From: an uncultured bacterium
GTDB lineage: Bacteria; Patescibacteriota; JABMPQ01; CAVVCK01
Assembly (NCBI GenBank): GCA_963746775.1
Contig: CAVVCK010000002.1
Location: forward strand, 431,656-495,655
Length of the DNA stretch: 64,000 bases
Direction of reading: 5' to 3'
In this document: one piece after another, positions 58,526-64,000 of the stretch
How positions within the stretch are numbered: the first letter of the stretch is position 1
Layout of the letters: every line of letters begins with the position of its first letter
Notes under the pieces: generated by a model
The model's database searches: none
Told to the model about the DNA's origin: nothing
What the model saw: only the letters and a program-made list of their open reading frames with translations
Position numbers and translations under genes: made by a program

Positions 58526-60526
58526 TTATTGCAAACTGAGCAAAGTCATAATTTTACATTCCTCTTGATCACAAGACTCTAACGCTTTACCAAAAATAGA
58601 ATTTCTTCTTTCTTCGTTTTCTTTTAAGATAGATTTTAGCCCATCAAAATCACTAGCCTCATCAGTATCGCGTAAAGTAAATTTCATTGCATATCCTTCT
58701 CGAGAGGAGGTTGTTAATAGATCTCCGATTTCTATATTACCATTTTCGTTGATAACTTTTGTCGGAATTCTACCCGCCAAGGTAATTGGTGCCAAATTTT
58801 CGGGCATTTCATAATCTGCATCTAGACCTCCTAAACTACTAAAATTATTTGATTCTCCATCGAAATTAAAAGAAATGTTAGGAGTAGTACTCACTACGCC
58901 AATTACTCTTTTATCATAAGATGTATTAGTATGACCAACTTTTACATTGTCTACTAAAACAACTACGTCTCCTTTTTCTAGTTTTTTATTCGTAGAAAAT
59001 CCTTCAGCAAGATCATAGGCAGCTCCATCAACCCCGGTATCATATGATATAGTACCGTCGCCAACATCTGGACAACCAGCTCCAGGATTATTGCTTGGAT
59101 CATCTACACAAAGTCCGCCAAAAACTGCAAATACACCTTCTCTATTATTTTCGCATAATGTTGAAGATGGATTACACTTATCTCCACCCCAACTATAACT
59201 TTTATCTCCACTTGTAGTAGCTCCATAGCCAGTTGATATAGCATATTCTCCAGTAGCACTGCCACGACCCAAAACAGCTGAGTAATCACCACTTGCCAAA
59301 GCATCATATCCTAAAGCCATAGAATAATCACCTATATTACTATTATCCCACTGAACACTGTCTACATATCCTGCTCTAAAAGCAGATTTTCTGGGATACC
59401 ATAATAATTTTGTAGCTTCACCAGAAGCTTCCAAGGTTGTAGCTGTACCATAATCACCTTGGGCCACTATCATGCCATCATCATAAATAGTTGTTCCGCC
59501 GTCTGTAGCATCTCCATATCCCCCACCCACAGAAGCAGTTCCAGTTACACCCAGTATTCCACCTAATGAAGTATTTCCACCAGCTAAAAAATTTCCATCT
59601 AAAAACAAGCTCCCGGTATCATAGATAGTAACTCCCGTAGATCCATACCCTCCGCCAACAGTTAAATTGCTAGATGCAATTACGTTACCTGTCAAAGCAC
59701 TTATTCCACCTACTGTCAACATCCCTCCTGTAGTAAGAGAACTTGCCGATAAAGCTCCATTAGCATTGATACCGCCCGTGGTGTCATAAATTGTTACCCC
59801 GCTATCACCAAATCCACCAGCGATATCAATATCAGTTCCATCATTATAAATTAAACTAGAAGCTTCCCAACCATTTGATCCATATCTTATCGTTTGGCCA
59901 GAAGTTCCCGCAGGTAAAATACCTCCGTCACTAGTTCCATCTCCATCTGAAGAACCTGTTATGGGTATCCAGGTAAATTGGCCATTTTGATTATAAGATA
60001 ATACCTGGCCAGCAGTTGCACTATTAGTTACATTAAGATTTTCTTCATTAATAATGTTTGCTCCTTCTAAATCTCCAACTGTTACTGCCCCGGCAAAATA
60101 ACCATTTTTCCATCTATTTGTAGTCGAACCAATATCATTAATATCAGTCATAGTTGGAATCATGGTATCAGATATTTTAAGGGGCATACCATCGGAAATA
60201 CCTTTGGATGTTCCTCTCCATATTTCACCATCAATACGGACATCATCTCCAAACGTTACTGGTATATTACTAATTCCATTATCATCTAAAGAAGAATTGA
60301 CAATTGTATGGTCGGCAAAAATAACACCGCCCAGATGCATGCCCTCGTAAAAATAACTTGCTCTGCCGGCACTTACAGCACTATCGGTTCTTAACCTTTC
60401 TCCGTAAATAACATCTTCGGCCGGTTGAATTTCCTCCGCAGTAGATGCCTTGGAAATATTTATATTGAAAAAGCAAAAAACAATCGCTAGAAATAAAATA
60501 ACTGCAAATTTAGCTATTTTAATCAT
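58526..60526 (-). CDS. Secreted Gly/Thr-rich beta-helix-like repeat protein with Cys-containing C-terminal domain (adhesin or tail-fibre-like)
   Basis: Signal peptide MIKIAKFAVILFLAIVFCFFNINISKA. N-domain paralogous to 57464..58489. Long GG.G/TT repeats. The DNA is locally GC-richer (~40%+) than its surroundings. Confidence 0.55.
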   Translation of the reverse strand: MIKIAKFAVILFLAIVFCFFNINISKASTAEEIQPAEDVIYGERLRTDSAVSAGRASYFYEGMHLGGVIFADHTIVNSSLDDNGISNIPVTFGDDVRIDGEIWRGTSKGISDGMPLKISDTMIPTMTDINDIGSTTNRWKNGYFAGAVTVGDLEGANIINEENLNVTNSATAGQVLSYNQNGQFTWIPITGSSDGDGTSDGGILPAGTSGQTIRYGSNGWEASSLIYNDGTDIDIAGGFGDSGVTIYDTTGGINANGALSASSLTTGGMLTVGGISALTGNVIASSNLTVGGGYGSTGVTIYDTGSLFLDGNFLAGGNTSLGGILGVTGTASVGGGYGDATDGGTTIYDDGMIVAQGDYGTATTLEASGEATKLLWYPRKSAFRAGYVDSVQWDNSNIGDYSMALGYDALASGDYSAVLGRGSATGEYAISTGYGATTSGDKSYSWGGDKCNPSSTLCENNREGVFAVFGGLCVDDPSNNPGAGCPDVGDGTISYDTGVDGAAYDLAEGFSTNKKLEKGDVVVLVDNVKVGHTNTSYDKRVIGVVSTTPNISFNFDGESNNFSSLGGLDADYEMPENLAPITLAGRIPTKVINENGNIEIGDLLTTSSREGYAMKFTLRDTDEASDFDGLKSILKENEERRNSIFGKALESCDQEECKIMTLLSLQ

Positions 60527-60683
60527 TTTTTTTATTTTTATTTTTGTTTTAAATATTTTTAAAGATATTTATACTCTTGCTTATATTATAGCAAATTATA
60601 GCCTTGCGGTCAATATACAAACCAAAAGTTATCCCCTGTTATCTTTATACCACCTAACAAATCTTTCTATCCCTTTTTCTATA

Positions 60684-61628
60684 CTAACCTTTCGGTCTAT
60701 ATCCTAATAATCTCCTTGATTTACTTATATCGGCATAAGTTTTTCCCACATCACCTGGTTGCATAAGCATTTTTTTAATTTTAGCTGATTTCCCTACTGC
60801 CTTCTCTATTACTTCTATAAAATATTTTAACTTAACTGTTTTGGAATTACCTAAATTAAATATTTCATAAGTACTCTTATTTTCCCCTACATAATTCATG
60901 GCTAAAATAATGCCACTTACAATATCATCTACATAAGTATAATCTCTAAAAGTATTTCCATCTCCATACATCTGTATCTCTTTGCCCTCAGAAATTAATT
61001 TGGTAAATTTATAAGGAGCCATATCCGGCCGACCACAAGGTCCGTAAACTGTAAAAAATCGTAAACAAGCTGTATTAATTTTATATAAATGATGATAAGT
61101 ATAGCATATTAATTCACCTGCCTTTTTAGTAGCGGCATAAGGAGATATGGGTTTATCTACTCTATCACTCTCAGAAAATGGTACTTTGTTATTATTACCA
61201 TAAATAGATGAAGAAGAAGCAAAAATAAAATTTTTAACTTTATATTTTTTAGCTAATTCTAGAAGATTGACAGTTCCTATAATATTTATCTGGTGGTAAA
61301 GCAATGAATTTTCAATAGAAGGTCGCACTCCTGCTCTAGCGGCCAAATGAATAATTATATCTATTTTATTACTTTTGAAAATCTTATCTAAACCTGCTAA
61401 GTTGCATATGTCCTCTTTATATAATATAAAATTTTTATTATCCAAAAATTCTTCAATATTTTCTTTTTTGAATTTTGGGTTATAATAACTATTTCCGCCT
61501 CTTTCGGCAGATGCGCCGCCAGAGGCACAAAAGTCATCCACACAGATGACTTTTTTATTTTGCTTTAATAATTTTTTAATCAAGTGGCTGCCAATAAAAC
61601 CAGCGCCACCAGTAACTAGAATAAACAT
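60684..61628 (-). CDS. NAD-dependent epimerase/dehydratase family protein (UDP-sugar epimerase-like SDR)
   Basis: VTGGAGFIGSHL Rossmann motif. YAATK catalytic YxxxK. Confidence 0.8.
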   Translation of the reverse strand: MFILVTGGAGFIGSHLIKKLLKQNKKVICVDDFCASGGASAERGGNSYYNPKFKKENIEEFLDNKNFILYKEDICNLAGLDKIFKSNKIDIIIHLAARAGVRPSIENSLLYHQINIIGTVNLLELAKKYKVKNFIFASSSSIYGNNNKVPFSESDRVDKPISPYAATKKAGELICYTYHHLYKINTACLRFFTVYGPCGRPDMAPYKFTKLISEGKEIQMYGDGNTFRDYTYVDDIVSGIILAMNYVGENKSTYEIFNLGNSKTVKLKYFIEVIEKAVGKSAKIKKMLMQPGDVGKTYADISKSRRLLGYRPKG

Positions 61629-61676
61629 ATATAATTATTATTCTAAATTCTAAATACAAGATACTATATACAGATT

Positions 61677-62969
61677 TCAAATTCTTCCTACTCCACTATA
61701 CTTAAACCCTAATTTTCTCATTTTCTCTGGATCCAAAATATTTCTACCATCAATAATATTTGGTTTCTTCATTAATCTTTTAATTTTCTTATAATCAAGT
61801 TTCTGAAATTCTGTCCAATCAGTAGCAATTACTAAGGCTTCAGCTTTTTCGACCGCTTCATAAGGATTCTGACAAAATTTTACATTTTTATCTTTTAAAA
61901 CTACTTGAGAATTTTTAGTTGCTTGAGCATCATAAGTTGAAATAGAAGCTCCAATATCAGACAGCATTTTAATAATATCAATCGCCGCTGATTCTCTAAT
62001 ATCATCAGTGTCTTTTTTAAAAGCAAGACCTAGTACACATACCTTTCTTTCTTTTAAATTATTGAAAAGATCTTCTAATTTATCAATAATTAAAGTTCTT
62101 TGTCTATTGTTTACTTCAATTACTGATTTTATAAGTTTAAAATCATAGCCATTTGTGCCGGCAATTTGATTGAGAGCATTTACATCCTTGGGGAAACAAG
62201 AACCGCCATAACCAATACCAGCTTTCAGAAAATCCATGCCAATTCGCTTATCCATTCCCATACCGCGAGCTACATCTTCTACATCAGCTCCAACCTTTTC
62301 ACAAATATTAGCAATTTCATTAATGAATGAAATCTTTGTAGCTAAAAAAGCATTTGAGGCATATTTAGTCATTTCAGACGATTCAACTGTAGTCGTTACT
62401 TTTGGATAATCAATAGGTTCATACACTCCCAGCATTATATCTCGAGCTTTATTTGTTCTAGTGCCAAAAACTATTCTGTCAGGTTTTAGAAAATCTTTGA
62501 CAGCCGAACCTTCTCTTAGAAACTCTGGATTAGAAACAACATCAAATTTACCTTTGTAATATTTGGAAATTATCTTTTCTATTTTTTGAGCTGTTCCAAC
62601 TGGCACAGTGCTTTTATTTACAATCACTTTATAATTATTCATATTCTTGGCAATTTCTTTGGCAGCCGCTTCTACATAAGTTAAATCTGCCCTACCATCT
62701 TTCCTGGAAGGAGTACCAACGGCAATAAAAATAACTTCACTATTTGGAATAGTATTTTTATATGAAGTTGAAAAAGATAGTCTTTTATTTTTCTGCTCTT
62801 CTAAAATTAATTTTCCTAGTCCTGGCTCATAAATAGGAACCTTGCCGCTTTTATATAAATCTATTTTTTCTTGATCTATATCGAGATTAATAACCTTGTG
62901 GCCTATTTTAGCTAGACAAGCTCCAGTAACTGAGCCAACGTAGCCGGTACCTATGATTGCGATGTTCAT
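61677..62969 (-). CDS. ugd: UDP-glucose 6-dehydrogenase
   Basis: MNIAIIGTGYVGSVTGACLA. Catalytic GGSCFPKD. Confidence 0.88.
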   Translation of the reverse strand: MNIAIIGTGYVGSVTGACLAKIGHKVINLDIDQEKIDLYKSGKVPIYEPGLGKLILEEQKNKRLSFSTSYKNTIPNSEVIFIAVGTPSRKDGRADLTYVEAAAKEIAKNMNNYKVIVNKSTVPVGTAQKIEKIISKYYKGKFDVVSNPEFLREGSAVKDFLKPDRIVFGTRTNKARDIMLGVYEPIDYPKVTTTVESSEMTKYASNAFLATKISFINEIANICEKVGADVEDVARGMGMDKRIGMDFLKAGIGYGGSCFPKDVNALNQIAGTNGYDFKLIKSVIEVNNRQRTLIIDKLEDLFNNLKERKVCVLGLAFKKDTDDIRESAAIDIIKMLSDIGASISTYDAQATKNSQVVLKDKNVKFCQNPYEAVEKAEALVIATDWTEFQKLDYKKIKRLMKKPNIIDGRNILDPEKMRKLGFKYSGVGRI

Positions 62970-63163
62970 ATATTATACTATTAGTTTATTGAAATATTAA
63001 TTCTACTACCAAAACTTTAAATTACTGAAATTGGCTGTATAGAAATTAGATATTGGTAATAAAAAGTGGAAAATGGATAAATATAACCTAGGTAAAATAA
63101 TATCTAATTTCTAACTTCTAATTTCCATCACTATTTTCCAATTTCTATATAATTAATTTCTGA
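62970..63163. repeat. Family-1 intergenic inverted-repeat element
   Basis: AATTGGCTGTATAGAAATTAGATATTGGTAATAAAAAGTGG ... TATCTAATTTCTAACTTCTAATTTCCATCACTATTTTCCAATTTCTATA. It shares GGCT(A/G)TATAGAAA(A/T)TAG with 56778. Confidence 0.6.
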
Positions 63164-64000
63164 CTAAATATATTTTCCTAAATCCTCAACTTTATCCTTC
63201 TCTTCCCAAGGAAATCCTTCACCTTCTCTGCCGAAATGCCCATAGGCTGCTGTTTTTTTATAAATTGGTCGCTCTAAATCCAGTGTTTTAATAATTCCTG
63301 AAGGGGTTAAATCAAAATTATTTCTGATAATTTCTACCAATTTTTCTTCACTTACTTTCCCAGTACCAAATGTTTCCGCCATAATTGAAATAGGTTCCGG
63401 ATAACCAATAGCATAAGATAATTGCACCTCGCAGGTATCAGCTAAGTCGGCAGCTACAATATTCTTAGCAATATAGCGTGCCATATAGGCTCCGGATCTA
63501 TCTTGTTTATTAGGACCTTTACCAGAGAAACAGCCACCGCCATGCGCTCCACGTCCGCCATAGGTATCAACTATAATCTTTCTGCCCGTAAGTCCAGTAT
63601 CAGCATGAGGACCACCTTCAACAAATCTGCCTGTTTCGTTAACATAATATCTGGTTTTTTCATCAATATAATCCTTGCAAATAGGTTTTATTACTTGCTC
63701 AATCACATCTTCTCTTACCTTTTTTAAATCAATATCTCCATCGTGCTGAGCGGCAATAACCACAGCCTCAACTCTGACTGGTTTTTCATCTTTATATTCT
63801 ACTGATACTTGAGATTTACCGTCTGGTCGCAAATACGATATTTCATTTGTTTTTCTTGCATCTGCTAATTTACGAGTAAGCCTATGAGCTAACATAATTG
63901 GCAGAGGCATAAGCTCTGGTGTTTCTTTACAGGCAAATCCAAACATCATACCTTGATCACCAGCTCCCATGGCCTGATGAGGACTTTTCCCTTCTTCCTC
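63164..64000 (-). CDS. metK: S-adenosylmethionine synthetase, C-terminal ~280 aa (5' part beyond window end)
   Basis: [26 protein letters not shown]-like [18 protein letters not shown]. The frame continues open to position 64000. Confidence 0.88.
   Translation of the reverse strand, partial: EEEGKSPHQAMGAGDQGMMFGFACKETPELMPLPIMLAHRLTRKLADARKTNEISYLRPDGKSQVSVEYKDEKPVRVEAVVIAAQHDGDIDLKKVREDVIEQVIKPICKDYIDEKTRYYVNETGRFVEGGPHADTGLTGRKIIVDTYGGRGAHGGGCFSGKGPNKQDRSGAYMARYIAKNIVAADLADTCEVQLSYAIGYPEPISIMAETFGTGKVSEEKLVEIIRNNFDLTPSGIIKTLDLERPIYKKTAAYGHFGREGEGFPWEEKDKVEDLGKYI

Overview
This is an AT-rich (~30% GC) bacterial window coded almost entirely on the minus strand. I infer a small-genome CPR/Patescibacteria-like organism from ribosomal-protein extensions, the absence of rpmD between rpsE and rplO, and a fermentative gene set.

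Contents, in order:
(1) 1-9.4 kb: a cell-envelope polysaccharide locus (murJ fragment, a DUF4012-like protein, three GT4 glycosyltransferases, a Wzz-like protein and a WbaP-like initiating transferase). It is interrupted at 5490-5960 by a ~470-nt GC-rich plus-strand structured-RNA candidate that has its own promoter-like site and a bidirectional terminator.
(2) 9432-9882: a recognisable RNase P RNA (rnpB, minus strand).
(3) 10-17 kb: housekeeping genes (corA, rnhA, a cation/H+ antiporter, a lipoprotein cyclophilin, a dnaQ-like exonuclease, a RAYT/IS200-like HUH protein and recJ).
(4) 17-36 kb: a glycolysis/fermentation string (glk(ROK)-ackA-pduL-gpmI-eno-pgk ... tpiA). A group 3b [NiFe] hydrogenase lies between tpiA and pgk, split by a ~5-kb insertion. 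It is bracketed by two paralogous four-helix-bundle (Avd/TIGR02436-like) genes, each with an in-frame stop (TAG and TAA) at the same conserved Gln codon.
(5) 36-57 kb: ruvX, map, adk, then a complete str-S10-spc ribosomal cluster (rpsL-rpsG-fusA-tuf-rpsJ ... rplO-secY) with unusual gene insertions.
(6) 57-64 kb: a pair of secreted repeat proteins, sugar-nucleotide genes and a metK fragment.

Thirteen intergenic loci carry three distinct families of palindromic MITE/REP-like repeats. One family lies close to the RAYT-like gene.
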